Source of the DNA: a virus
Direction: 5' to 3' (one strand)
DNA: 64,000 nt
IMG/VR virus record: IMGVR_UViG_3300033150_001207
Span: 1-64,000 of that record
Under the pieces are notes generated by a model that saw only the letters and a program-made list of their open reading frames with translations, made no database searches and was not told where the DNA came from. Below, piece by piece: positions 38,701 to 48,124 of the stretch. A program made the translations under genes and the position numbers. The stretch's first letter is position 1. Every line of letters begins with the position of its first letter.

Positions 38701-39371
38701 TAACCACATCCGATTTTTTTTTCACAAAGAGTCTCTGGGATATAACAAGACTTAGACGATTATGTTCGATATTCAAGACCAACACTGCCAGTGATATTAC
38801 AGTAGAGTATTATAAAGACACACGTACAACGCCCGAAACTGTGGATGCATTACCGAGCGCCGCTACCATGGCTCTCACGGGACACAGGATAAGACATTTA
38901 ATATCGTATCTGGATTTACGTGCGTGGGTACATAGGTTAGCTTTTATTGTCAAGAATGCAACGAGTGTTAAGCCAGTATTGCTGGGATTCGGTGCATATT
39001 TCCAGAGAGTTTATGAAGAACTTAAAGATAGAGATGATTATGAAACGATAACGATTACCGCTTCGAGTAATGATGTGTTAATATTTACGAGCAGTCAGGG
39101 TGGCTCTGATGTATCAATAACCGTTCCCGCTGGCGTTTACACTTTCGATGCCGCACTTCACGCTCTTGAGGACGCAATGAATGATAACGATGAGTTGGTC
39201 GGTGTATTTACTGTTACCTGCGTGGATAGTAAAACCACCATTTCTATTGACAGTGGTACGATTGCGTATACAAACAATGGTAGCGCTGGCGGTTCGGCGT
39301 TCGGGTTCACAAGTGATAAAGCAGCGGCGTCAAGCATCACGGCTGATAATGCATTAACAGAAGCACCATAA
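35781..39371 (+). CDS. Tail nozzle/stabilisation protein (beta-propeller type) with N-terminal repeats
   Basis: 1196 aa after the adaptors; SIGCPAP..I and WLVYDL..DRW motifs; N-terminal P.L..(D/E)(I/F)P.APDT.V repeats. Confidence 0.7.
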   Translation: MAEEDLVIQPDQTPELRTDIPQAPDTTVVNGDIVPNLRTDIPQAPDTVVTDSDTKPTLNIDIPTAPDTIVTDTAITPKLDTEFPTAPDTVVTVPDSVPQLSQEFPVADDIPLERAEFSFARGRWLPKGDALTIGEENFSELENFRYTDFGLEGVGGFTRLNGNYKIATSIENGIQLTTNYSAAPSYVIVQSGESPKNYYYYTDAIPNAVSGAATALHSGVAGNSTARFSKLPNGHIGICDGKENLIWAGEQMPVGAFLVADIVDGTIAYFPQMVDDDHIQDFTNIINNTLNDSNNYVDLNYVTTAFGDDSSTVTVANTSGNIMRYTDNEVVDHHCDFVTNGLAVGHAIVVKKGGPFGGTNEGMFKVTAVAETYFEVENPDGALEGPVTLTADAIRTWGKRILIGTTRRARGFTFDIETANTKSATLTEIYVIAPTTGAFTGITTGASVITDGTEVGGKTMAQSGSVTWTDPEIDEVKTFFKGYYLYWYLLGISDCNANIANVTAKCDVQSLSDIWDGVYRKPILCKYYDDDNTPSVRDYTLEINTKTPITQQTNTDIDPYTVPIQNMEPKIDYLTVMFEEPIRASIINLYTYKTGNSATQDGTVNVRYNVGDTWCNVRRIIRDSTAVPGYNQGGYAIGDFRNHTQFLPFYRSGVIQWRIDPTQVAPERSVTIDGITGYAYKFVTETTKITGDVQIDTIDGIPDLPEIDTLYIFPFQYKNRAMWCGAISDNEKNRVDYSKTNTVDVYNGMDASGFHHERSLYFGDHRALTGAIELFNQYGDTVESIALFFKDTETYMLTGYNPETFKIHRISNSIGCPAPLTITSAEVSLKVEDAPAQNIALWLSDKGPKMYINNTIRSIKGVENYFQQSETEAINTSYFSICRAWFNSDYQEWNLLIPSGSGQTTINTWLVYDLIRDRWYKNTPTDDFPEGAFPVVDTNGLSYNYGYTTDNGGVLLRMENGLKWGDTDDIENKVTTSDFFFTKSLWDITRLRRLCSIFKTNTASDITVEYYKDTRTTPETVDALPSAATMALTGHRIRHLISYLDLRAWVHRLAFIVKNATSVKPVLLGFGAYFQRVYEELKDRDDYETITITASSNDVLIFTSSQGGSDVSITVPAGVYTFDAALHALEDAMNDNDELVGVFTVTCVDSKTTISIDSGTIAYTNNGSAGGSAFGFTSDKAAASSITADNALTEAP

Positions 39372-39380
39372 AGGTATAAT

Positions 39381-39746
39381 ATGTGGAGTATATTACGATA
39401 TTTACAAACTGTGGTTAATTCCGACCCTGATAGTGATATTGCTTACGAATACTACAGGAATACCAGAACTGGAACTACTGCAACTAATTTGCCGAGCGCT
39501 GTAACGACAAGCGGGACTGGGCATCGTAATAGACGCATAATATCGGGCGATAGTCTCAATTGGCGTAATCACAGATTAAGTATTACAACAAAAAGATGGG
39601 ATGGTACACTTACATTTACTCATGATTGGACTTTCGATAATACCACTCTTTGCAGATTTTTGGTCAATGTTTTGATGGATGCAGACGGTGATATCAATAT
39701 AAATGACGCACAACACTTAATTGGAATATATCCAGGGATAGGTTGA
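39381..39746 (+). CDS. Tail-module hypothetical protein
   Basis: ORF within the tail gene run. Confidence 0.6.
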   Translation: MWSILRYLQTVVNSDPDSDIAYEYYRNTRTGTTATNLPSAVTTSGTGHRNRRIISGDSLNWRNHRLSITTKRWDGTLTFTHDWTFDNTTLCRFLVNVLMDADGDININDAQHLIGIYPGIG

Positions 39747-39750
39747 TAAA

Positions 39751-41013
39751 ATGCTAACAGGTGGATTGCTTGAACTTCTCGATAAACTTATGGGTAAAGC
39801 TGTCGGGTCTGGAACATATAATCAGACTACAGATAGTAATGAAGCTATCAGGGAAGCTATTGATGGGTTGAATGATGTTTCTGCTGCAGAGGTTAATGCT
39901 GAATGCGATACCGCTTTATCTGATTATGACCCGCCTACAAGAGCAGAGCTTACGGCTGATAAGGACAGTATTATCACAGAAATAAATGCCAACGAAACAA
40001 AAATCGATGCATTAAATGATATATCTGCTGCAGAGGTTAATGCTGAGGTCGATAATGCACTGAATACTGCAATCCCTACAACTCCGACTACGGATTCAAT
40101 AAATGAGCGTATTAAAGCTATTGATGATAAACTTCCTTCGGGAACAATATCTGATATCACCACAGCTCAAGTCAATACCGAGGTTGATAATGCGATAAAT
40201 ACTGCTGTACCAGAACCACCTACTGCAAAGAGTCTTGCAGATATTTTGCATAAGGACAGTAATTATACTTACGATAATACGACCGATAGCCTTGAAGCTA
40301 TTGCTGATGCTGTGGCAGGAATAAGTGGTGGAGGTGGAGGTTTATCTGCAAAAGAGAAATCGTTGCTTGGTATTGGCGTAGTTCCAGGATTTCAAGACTT
40401 TTTCAATACCGTTGCGAATGGTGCCGCCCCAGACTCAACTTATTGGTCAGTTGTTGAAAATGGTGATGGTGCTGTAACTATACTATCAGTAACACCTTAT
40501 ACTCCAGGATTTCTACAATGTTATACTGTTGTGACTGGTAATGATGCCATCGCTTATACAAAAGATAAGCGTGTTGTTTCGCTTAAAAATGGTGTTACAA
40601 CTGTATGTTTAAAGGCTTACGTGAATTTAAGTTGGGGATGTGCTGGTTATGAGGGAAAATGTGGAATAGGTTTTACAGAGAATGATAATATCCCAGCGGA
40701 TACAGATATTCTTACAGGTGCTGCTCACGAGGTCGCATCAATAGTTGCTGATGCAGGAGTTCCAAAAGCATTTTCTTCTGATGGAAATACGGTCGAGAGC
40801 ACTGATTTATCCTCTTATATAAGTGATGATACATGGTTTGATTTAGAAATTAGAATAACTTCATCTGACGTGAAATTTTATATAGATGGTACTCTTAGAG
40901 CAACACATTCAACAAGTGTTCCTAATAGTGTTTGGCAAGTTGTAGCCAGCGGTACGGGTGAAAATGATACAATTAAAGTAAAAGTGGAAAAAATACAAGT
41001 TTGGGGAGAGTAA
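39751..41013 (+). CDS. Fibre-like protein with helical repeats and C-terminal lectin-like (ConA-type) domain
   Basis: LND(V/I)SAAEVNAE and TTDS.EA repeats; WFDLEIRI…VKFYIDG. Confidence 0.65.
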   Translation: MLTGGLLELLDKLMGKAVGSGTYNQTTDSNEAIREAIDGLNDVSAAEVNAECDTALSDYDPPTRAELTADKDSIITEINANETKIDALNDISAAEVNAEVDNALNTAIPTTPTTDSINERIKAIDDKLPSGTISDITTAQVNTEVDNAINTAVPEPPTAKSLADILHKDSNYTYDNTTDSLEAIADAVAGISGGGGGLSAKEKSLLGIGVVPGFQDFFNTVANGAAPDSTYWSVVENGDGAVTILSVTPYTPGFLQCYTVVTGNDAIAYTKDKRVVSLKNGVTTVCLKAYVNLSWGCAGYEGKCGIGFTENDNIPADTDILTGAAHEVASIVADAGVPKAFSSDGNTVESTDLSSYISDDTWFDLEIRITSSDVKFYIDGTLRATHSTSVPNSVWQVVASGTGENDTIKVKVEKIQVWGE

Positions 41014-41219
41014 TGAATAACTTACAAGAAATACCATGCTCAGTTACACGAGAAATAGATGGCAAGCAATACATAGTACGGAAATTTGGATACAACGGAC
41101 AGGTTTACGAAGAGCATCTTATCCCAGTACCAACTGAGAAAACAATCCGTACTTTTAAAAAAGATGGTACTGAGGATACAACCAAACAGAAAAAAGAACC
41201 GATTAAACTACAGAAGTAA
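41013..41219 (+). CDS. Small hypothetical protein
   Basis: TAATG stop/start overlap with the previous gene. Confidence 0.55.
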   Translation: MNNLQEIPCSVTREIDGKQYIVRKFGYNGQVYEEHLIPVPTEKTIRTFKKDGTEDTTKQKKEPIKLQK

Positions 41220-41315
41220 AAACTTATAACCAATTGCAAAACCATTAACTGGTATTCAAAGAAAATAACGTATAACTATACTAGCGTTTTTAATATTCAG
41301 GGAAAATAACACATA

Positions 41316-42020
41316 ATGCTCGTATCTATACAACCACAAAAAGCGGTATCGTTCACAATAATCACACCTGTATTCGACGCCGAATGGGCTGAGTATATAA
41401 GCGGCGCAGCCAATCTTGATAGCGAAATTTCACAGGACGGCGGTTCTTTCAGTGATTGTACCAACGAGCTTACAGAGATTGGCTCTACTGGTGTTTATTC
41501 TCTCGTTTTAACTGGTACAGAGACAAACTGTTCGCAAGCGCTTATCAAAGCTACTACCACAACTGACGGTGCTAAAATACCGTGCTTTTTCATGAACACG
41601 GAATCGGCTGGCGGCGGTGATGCTACGGCGGCGAATCAGAACACGATAATTGGTTATCTGGATACAGAAATCGCAGATATAAAAGCCAAAACAGATGGAC
41701 TGAATTTCACAGGCAATTATGTTCAAGCGCAGGTCAAGGGTCAGGACGATATTGACTTTGGGGCAACACAAAAATCCAGCATTCAAGATGCGGTAGAAGC
41801 GAAACTTACATCTGCAAATACCGAACTTACAAGTGTACCTGCAGCTACTGCTGGATTGCGAGCAATGATCCAATTTATTTTTGAGAAACTTAAGCACAAG
41901 GGTACGATGAACAAAGACACAGGGGAAGAAAAATTGTATAAAGATGACAATTCTACTGTACTCGGAAGTGCTACCCATAGCGATGACGGGACTACGGTTA
42001 CACGGGGTAAAATGTTATAG
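41316..42020 (+). CDS. Virion fibre/baseplate-like protein
   Basis: ISQDGGSF…GVYSLVLT..E; C-terminal SDDGTTVTRG. Confidence 0.6.
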   Translation: MLVSIQPQKAVSFTIITPVFDAEWAEYISGAANLDSEISQDGGSFSDCTNELTEIGSTGVYSLVLTGTETNCSQALIKATTTTDGAKIPCFFMNTESAGGGDATAANQNTIIGYLDTEIADIKAKTDGLNFTGNYVQAQVKGQDDIDFGATQKSSIQDAVEAKLTSANTELTSVPAATAGLRAMIQFIFEKLKHKGTMNKDTGEEKLYKDDNSTVLGSATHSDDGTTVTRGKML

Positions 42021-42524
42021 ATGTTATCGGGATATTCTTATAGGGAAATTATAACTATAAATTCATCAGAGGTTGATAATGTTCATATCAGTCCTATTGT
42101 TAAAGTAGAGCTATCATCAAGTAATTTTAATTTTAGTTTGACACGTCCCGATGGTTACGATATACGGTTTACAGATTCCAACGAGGACACACTCTTATCA
42201 TATCAGAGATTGTCCTATGATGTTACATTGGAAAGAGGTATATTTCTTGTCAGACTGTTAGAAAATCTCTCGCCAGATTCGGATACGACATTTTATTTAT
42301 ACTATGGGAAATCGGATGCTACCGATGTTTCCGACAGTACCGTTGCTTATGGTACAGCGAAACCGAAACTGTTATTTAATACAATGCGGTACAGGAAATT
42401 CAGAGATGATATGCTTGACAAGGATGATTTACAATACTGGATAGAACAGTATTATTTAAAAATTGATTCAACACATTTATTAGAGATTGACAATGCTGGT
42501 TATACATTGATAATAGGTGGATAG
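42021..42524 (+). CDS. DUF2341-like domain virion protein
   Basis: YREIITI…DGYDIRFTDS…LLSY…FYLYYG. Confidence 0.7.
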   Translation: MLSGYSYREIITINSSEVDNVHISPIVKVELSSSNFNFSLTRPDGYDIRFTDSNEDTLLSYQRLSYDVTLERGIFLVRLLENLSPDSDTTFYLYYGKSDATDVSDSTVAYGTAKPKLLFNTMRYRKFRDDMLDKDDLQYWIEQYYLKIDSTHLLEIDNAGYTLIIGG

Positions 42525-42720
42525 AACATAAGCTACAATAAGAATAAACAGATTAACGAATTAGTGCAATTAATAAGTACTACCGATAATAACAAGATAT
42601 TTATCAGAGATTGGTAATACTGAGTATACTTTAGCAATTGGTAGGTAAATTATGAGCTATAGTGAAAATAAGCAGATTGGTGGACTGACACAGTTAACAA
42701 GTGCTGCCGATAATGATAAA
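42475..42720 (+). repeat. Degenerate tandem duplication, 124-bp period
   Basis: 42475-42596 aligns without gaps to 42599-42720; 38 mismatches in 122 nt by hand count. Confidence 0.8.
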
Positions 42721-44640
42721 CTCGCAATCGAAGATGCTGACGAAACGACAATATTAAAATATATCGCAGCATCCAATCTCAAAACGTACATGAACGCTGG
42801 GTTTACCGCATCCCGCGCACTTGAAACAGACGGCAGTGGTAAAATTGTTGTTTCTGCTATTACGGCTACAGAACTTAATCACCTCAGCGGTGTAGCAAGC
42901 AATATCGGTTCACATATGACTGGTAAAGATGGTGTATATCACTTACCAGACCAGGCAGGACACGGTGGTGAATTCCTAACTACGGATGCATCTGTTGCAA
43001 GCTGGACAGCACTTACTGGATTAATAGGTCCCACAGATATCCAGGACTTCGCTGTTACCATGAGCAAATTATTTACAAAAATACCGGTGATTGACAATGA
43101 TTCATGGAGCGATAATACACCGGGTACGGGATACATTCAGTGGAATACGCATAACCTTTGTTACAATGGCGAGTATTATGAAGTTACAAGCGATAGTACA
43201 AATCAAGAATTCGTTTGGTGGACAGTTGGTAACAGTGGCGGTTCAGGAACGGTAGCTGACCCATACATAACAACATACAGTGCTGGTGATACTGCACCCA
43301 CAATGACAGATGATACTTTTATTATTTGTACAAACAAGGATGGGAATGGTACTCATAATCTCGCATGGAATAGCATAGCGAATTCGGTTATCGGGACTGC
43401 GTATATAAAAAGTGGTGCAATAATAAATGCTCATATTGCAGATGCAACAATTGAGCATGCCAAAATTAAAAGTGTGGATGCTGGAACTATTACTGTCGGG
43501 AAACTTGGGGATGATTACATATCAAGTGCATCGACATGGAATGCAAAGGCAAAAGTGTTCAGGCAAGATACAGAACCGAGTTCGGGAATGTCGGCTGGCG
43601 ATATATGGATTGATACCAGTGATGGTGATAAACCTTATACTTATACTGGAAGTGTATGGAATCCAGAATATACCCATATTGATGGGGGAAATATAACTAC
43701 GGGTACGATTACCGCTATTACGCATCAGACAGCATCAAATGGGCAGAGGATTGTAGTAGATGCAAGTGATAATACATTAAGGTTTCATACTGATACAGCA
43801 GAAGATGTTGTTATTATAGATGACTTATTATATGGCAACATTCCAGGCATTCAAATTGGAGAAAGTACACACGGCGGAATTTTTGTGGCAACAAATGGAA
43901 ATGTAGAAACATATATGTCTCATGATACAATTCAGATGGGGGGAAAGGAAGGCAGCCCCGCACAATTTAGGGTATTACATGATAGTGTAACCAAGACTAT
44001 TGTAGATGCTGCTGGAATAAATGTTATGGATGGGATAGTATACGCATCAGATGAAATATCAACTTCGGGGTTTGTACAAGCCAACGCAGGATACAGAATT
44101 GGTGATACAGAAATTATAGATTCAAACAAAAATATCACAACAAATATAGGTACTGTTGATGGTATTAAAATTTCTGATCATGCCGCCAATGCTGATGCAC
44201 ATCACAACGAAGTACACACACTTAACAGCCATTCAGATGTAGATACTACCGGAATATCGGATGGCGAAGTGCTTGAATATGATACTGCTATGGGATGGAT
44301 TGCTGGCAGTACCTATACCCCTGGTTCCCATGTCGGTGCCGGTGGTGCTGCTCATGCAGATGTCACTACTACCGTTGATGGTTTTATGACAGCTACCGAT
44401 AAAGTTAAATTGAATAGTATTGATACTGGTGCTGATGTTACGGCAGATAACTGGCCAAAAGTTCATGGCAACACTTATCATACATCAAATTATCAAACCG
44501 CAGCTAATGTGGATGCTAAAATATTGACTCATAAAAACGATGCCAATGCTCATCATGCAGCACATAGTGGTGTAAGCGGTTGGTTGGGTGGTCAGGATGT
44601 ACGATTTGAAAACGGTCTTGCGGTTGAATTTGGAACTTAG
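42652..44640 (+). CDS. Tail fibre protein
   Basis: G/T/D-rich; AHIADATI, GDIWIDT, IDGGNITTGTI; His-rich C-terminal repeats (DANAHH). Confidence 0.78.
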   Translation: MSYSENKQIGGLTQLTSAADNDKLAIEDADETTILKYIAASNLKTYMNAGFTASRALETDGSGKIVVSAITATELNHLSGVASNIGSHMTGKDGVYHLPDQAGHGGEFLTTDASVASWTALTGLIGPTDIQDFAVTMSKLFTKIPVIDNDSWSDNTPGTGYIQWNTHNLCYNGEYYEVTSDSTNQEFVWWTVGNSGGSGTVADPYITTYSAGDTAPTMTDDTFIICTNKDGNGTHNLAWNSIANSVIGTAYIKSGAIINAHIADATIEHAKIKSVDAGTITVGKLGDDYISSASTWNAKAKVFRQDTEPSSGMSAGDIWIDTSDGDKPYTYTGSVWNPEYTHIDGGNITTGTITAITHQTASNGQRIVVDASDNTLRFHTDTAEDVVIIDDLLYGNIPGIQIGESTHGGIFVATNGNVETYMSHDTIQMGGKEGSPAQFRVLHDSVTKTIVDAAGINVMDGIVYASDEISTSGFVQANAGYRIGDTEIIDSNKNITTNIGTVDGIKISDHAANADAHHNEVHTLNSHSDVDTTGISDGEVLEYDTAMGWIAGSTYTPGSHVGAGGAAHADVTTTVDGFMTATDKVKLNSIDTGADVTADNWPKVHGNTYHTSNYQTAANVDAKILTHKNDANAHHAAHSGVSGWLGGQDVRFENGLAVEFGT

Positions 44641-44689
44641 AAAAAATAATAACAACGAAACTTAAACTTATTATTGAGGTATATAACAG

Positions 44690-45238
44690 ATGAAAAGAAT
44701 TATACTAACATTGCTATTACTATTAACATTGCCGTATACCACTTATAGTAATCCTGTATCAAAACTGTGGGACACTAGCTGGATTTCTCAACAGTGGCTG
44801 AAGTATGGTTTCCTGGGTTCTGCCTGTTTATCTGGTGTACTTGATGGTCTTGTCGAATCACATAAGTTCAACGGCAGATATATAACAAGTAAAAGTGATT
44901 ATCATGCTTACCGATATGCCCAGAACGCAACGATGATAAGCACTGGATGGTTTCTGTCCGCTAATTTAAGAAGTAACAAACTCACATGGAAAACGAAAAT
45001 TATGCGAACAACGTCGCTAATACTTCTAAGACGCAACTGTTTTGAATGGGCATACAAAGCTAATAGATGGGGAAATTGTTTTGATTACAGCGATAAACAT
45101 ACCTGTAATCATAAAGCAATAGTGTATTTCAAGTGGAATGGAAGCGGATTTACGGATGCTTATATATCGGGAACTGGAACTCAAGGGGTGATTATAGATT
45201 TGCTATGTTGGACTCTAGGAATATGGTTGTTTAAATAA
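44690..45238 (+). CDS. Signal-peptide-bearing membrane protein
   Basis: MKRIILTLLLLLTLP; further hydrophobic segments. Confidence 0.65.
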   Translation: MKRIILTLLLLLTLPYTTYSNPVSKLWDTSWISQQWLKYGFLGSACLSGVLDGLVESHKFNGRYITSKSDYHAYRYAQNATMISTGWFLSANLRSNKLTWKTKIMRTTSLILLRRNCFEWAYKANRWGNCFDYSDKHTCNHKAIVYFKWNGSGFTDAYISGTGTQGVIIDLLCWTLGIWLFK

Positions 45239-45336
45239 TTGTAAATGTTAATAGACTCATCCACCTGTATTATTAATAATATAAGTGGGTATATAGCTCG
45301 AATAGTTACAATGTATTATATAAAAGGATTATTATT

Positions 45337-45783
45337 ATGGCATTGACTAATTATTATTACGATATCGAGAGACAGAAAATTGGCGCAATTCCGCAACAAC
45401 TTCGTGCGATACCACAGGTAGGTTATACAAAACTGTTACAACAAAAAGCGGCTTCTGACGTTGGACGAACGCTACAACAACAGGATATAGCGAGTAGACT
45501 CATGAGACAACAATACCAAACGGCATTACCCGAACAGTTTTTAAAAACAGCAAAGCGTGAATATAAAAAAGCATTGCCAATTACTATTGCTGGTGTCGGA
45601 CTTGCGGGACTAGGTGCATACAGCGATTATCGCGCAGAAAAACAACGCCAGAAAGAACAGGAAGAGCTGGAATTACTATACAAAATGCTTATGAAAATAG
45701 TCGAGGAAAATGCTGGTCGTATAGCAAAAGCGTATTCTATACCATCAGCAGAGTACAGGGCAGCTTTCAGACCAAAACAATGA
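45337..45783 (+). CDS. Putative internal virion (ejection) protein
   Basis: Q-rich coil with a Gly-zipper segment; position before the giant protein. Confidence 0.55.
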   Translation: MALTNYYYDIERQKIGAIPQQLRAIPQVGYTKLLQQKAASDVGRTLQQQDIASRLMRQQYQTALPEQFLKTAKREYKKALPITIAGVGLAGLGAYSDYRAEKQRQKEQEELELLYKMLMKIVEENAGRIAKAYSIPSAEYRAAFRPKQ

Positions 45784-45795
45784 TAAACATCAATA

Positions 45796-46785
45796 ATGAT
45801 ACCAAAGGAGTATATAATGCCATACGGTGATATGACAGGACCTTACGGACAGGGACCATACACAGGAAGAATGGGGGCATACGCAGCGATACCATTTCAC
45901 CCACAGGAAATATACGGTACACCACAGTCGAGAATGTTCGGAAGGGGGCAATATATAAGCCTTGTGCCATATATACAGGAACAAGCGCAATACCTTCCGC
46001 AATGGTATCAGATGCGCAGAGAATATGAACTGGAAAAAGAAAGACAGAGAATTGAGCAGGAAAATCTAAGGGAAATGGAAAAGCAGGCTGAGTACGCGAG
46101 AAGAATTGAACTTGCCAATCTGGGTATTAGGGGTACACAAACCGCTGCTGAGCTTGGTATACCACAGTGGGGATATCGAAAATTGTTTCCAGAATCTTCG
46201 TATTATACACCTGGTTTACAAGATACAGCATTAAGAACAACAACGCAAATCGGATTAAGACCAGAGGTAACTACAAGAGCTTTACCTGAACTTGGACAGT
46301 TTGGCGCTCAAACACCCACTATGCCGCCCGCTCAAACGTTTAGTACAATGCCAACTGGACCGAGGTCGGCTATCCCAATAACGGCTAAAACGGGTACTGC
46401 ACCGTCGGCTATTCCACCAAGAGGATTCCTTGGTAGAGGAAAATTTATGGGTACTGGGATGAGCCCATTAGAATTCGGCACAACTGCTCTTAGTGGATTT
46501 GGATACGGGCAGCAATACGGCGAAAAATTAGATAAGTATTTACCAGGTGGTGGTGATGTAGGAAAATATGTTGGTGGTGCAGCTGCAGGCGCGTTGGGGG
46601 CTGCTGGTATAGGTGGTATAGGTACTGGACTCAGCGCTCTAGGAATAGGTATCGGGACAGGCGGATTGGGATTAATACCAATACTTACAAGTAGCATATT
46701 CGGCGGACTTGGTGCAGCAGCTAAAGAGCATGAGTGGGGTAGAAAAATAAGTAGATGGTGGAAAAAAGCAACTGGGCGTGATTAA
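45796..46785 (+). CDS. Putative DNA ejection/pilot protein
   Basis: Coiled coil plus a long Gly/Ala hydrophobic C-terminus. Confidence 0.6.
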   Translation: MIPKEYIMPYGDMTGPYGQGPYTGRMGAYAAIPFHPQEIYGTPQSRMFGRGQYISLVPYIQEQAQYLPQWYQMRREYELEKERQRIEQENLREMEKQAEYARRIELANLGIRGTQTAAELGIPQWGYRKLFPESSYYTPGLQDTALRTTTQIGLRPEVTTRALPELGQFGAQTPTMPPAQTFSTMPTGPRSAIPITAKTGTAPSAIPPRGFLGRGKFMGTGMSPLEFGTTALSGFGYGQQYGEKLDKYLPGGGDVGKYVGGAAAGALGAAGIGGIGTGLSALGIGIGTGGLGLIPILTSSIFGGLGAAAKEHEWGRKISRWWKKATGRD

Positions 46786-46804
46786 ATTATAATGAGGTGA
46801 TACA

Positions 46805-48121
46805 ATGGCATATTACACAAATCCATATACAGGACAGGCAAGTGTAATTGGTGCTTTACAAAGTACACAGGATATTATACGTGGACTGTCGGAAGGGTAC
46901 ATACGTAGCAAAGAAGCTGAGCGTGAAGCTGAGCTACGTAGACTTGGAATAGAATTACAGGGCGCACAATTACAAGCACAACAAGAAATTGACCTTGCAA
47001 GAATAGAAGCTGAAAAAGAAAGACGTTTACGTGACCTTGAGCGTGAGGCAGAAGAATCCAGGCGTATGCAAGAATATCGAGAAGGCTTACTTGGATTGCA
47101 AGGGAAAGAACTTGAACTTGAAAGAGAAAGATTTGAAAAGGTTGAAATACCCACAGCGAAGGCAAGAACGCTTGAAACTGTTTTTAACACACCGATGTCG
47201 CCGAATCAAATAGCACAGCAATTCTATGTGCCTGGTTGCGCTGCAGAAAAGAATTTTCTGGAAAAATTTGATCCTGCTACCCTTGATACGCCATATTTAA
47301 TACTCGGAAAGGTGGCTGAAACACTCACAACGGAAGGTCGGAAATCTCCATATACAAAAGCGCTTGAGGCCGCTGAGACTGCAAAAAAAAGAGGACAGGA
47401 CTTGATAAATAGCATGCTCGATCCGTATATACCACCCGACAGCCCTGAGTATGAAAAAACTGTTGAGGCACTATCCAGTATCAATCCGTATATAAAAATA
47501 GACACTGATATATATGTAGAACCATCATGGACACCTGGAGAACCAGTACCTACATCAAAAGAACCAATACCTATATCGCTGGAAGAAGCAAGGCGTATAA
47601 AGAAAGAAGACCCCGAAAGAAGAATCATATATGAATATACAGCTTCTTTAGATGTTCCTGCTATATCGAGAGATTACAAACTTGATATAGATGATACTAC
47701 TTTGAACAAACTTGCCAGAGAGTTGAGTGTACTGGCTGATATACCAATTGAAAATGCTCGCAGTTTTATAGTAAATAATTACACTGGCACTCTTAATATC
47801 TACAAACAAAGTTATGATGAAATGACTGATGATATATACAATCAGTATTTACAGTATATAAGAAATCAATCAAGTACAACGCCATCAAGAACTGCAACCC
47901 CAATGTCTTCCTGGGGATTTGGTCCCGCTTTTACTGAACCATATTATTCACCAGGAAAAGCAATATTTGAAGAGACGCCGAGAACAGCTATGCCGAGATA
48001 TGAAGAGTCAAGAATATCCCAGAAACCACAAGTACCCAAAGGCGCTGTAAACCTTGGTACAAGCAAAATCACAGGGAAAACTTATTACAGGCTTCCCGAT
48101 GGTACATATTGGGAGGAATAA
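46805..48121 (+). CDS. Putative internal virion (ejection) protein
   Basis: E/R/Q coiled coil; C-terminal GKTYYRLPDG. Confidence 0.6.
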   Translation: MAYYTNPYTGQASVIGALQSTQDIIRGLSEGYIRSKEAEREAELRRLGIELQGAQLQAQQEIDLARIEAEKERRLRDLEREAEESRRMQEYREGLLGLQGKELELERERFEKVEIPTAKARTLETVFNTPMSPNQIAQQFYVPGCAAEKNFLEKFDPATLDTPYLILGKVAETLTTEGRKSPYTKALEAAETAKKRGQDLINSMLDPYIPPDSPEYEKTVEALSSINPYIKIDTDIYVEPSWTPGEPVPTSKEPIPISLEEARRIKKEDPERRIIYEYTASLDVPAISRDYKLDIDDTTLNKLARELSVLADIPIENARSFIVNNYTGTLNIYKQSYDEMTDDIYNQYLQYIRNQSSTTPSRTATPMSSWGFGPAFTEPYYSPGKAIFEETPRTAMPRYEESRISQKPQVPKGAVNLGTSKITGKTYYRLPDGTYWEE

Positions 48122-48124
48122 CAA

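Noticed and set aside
42475-42720. Diversity-generating retroelement TR/VR pair
   Set aside because: Mismatches are not adenine-specific, the copies span a gene junction, and no reverse transcriptase is present in the window.
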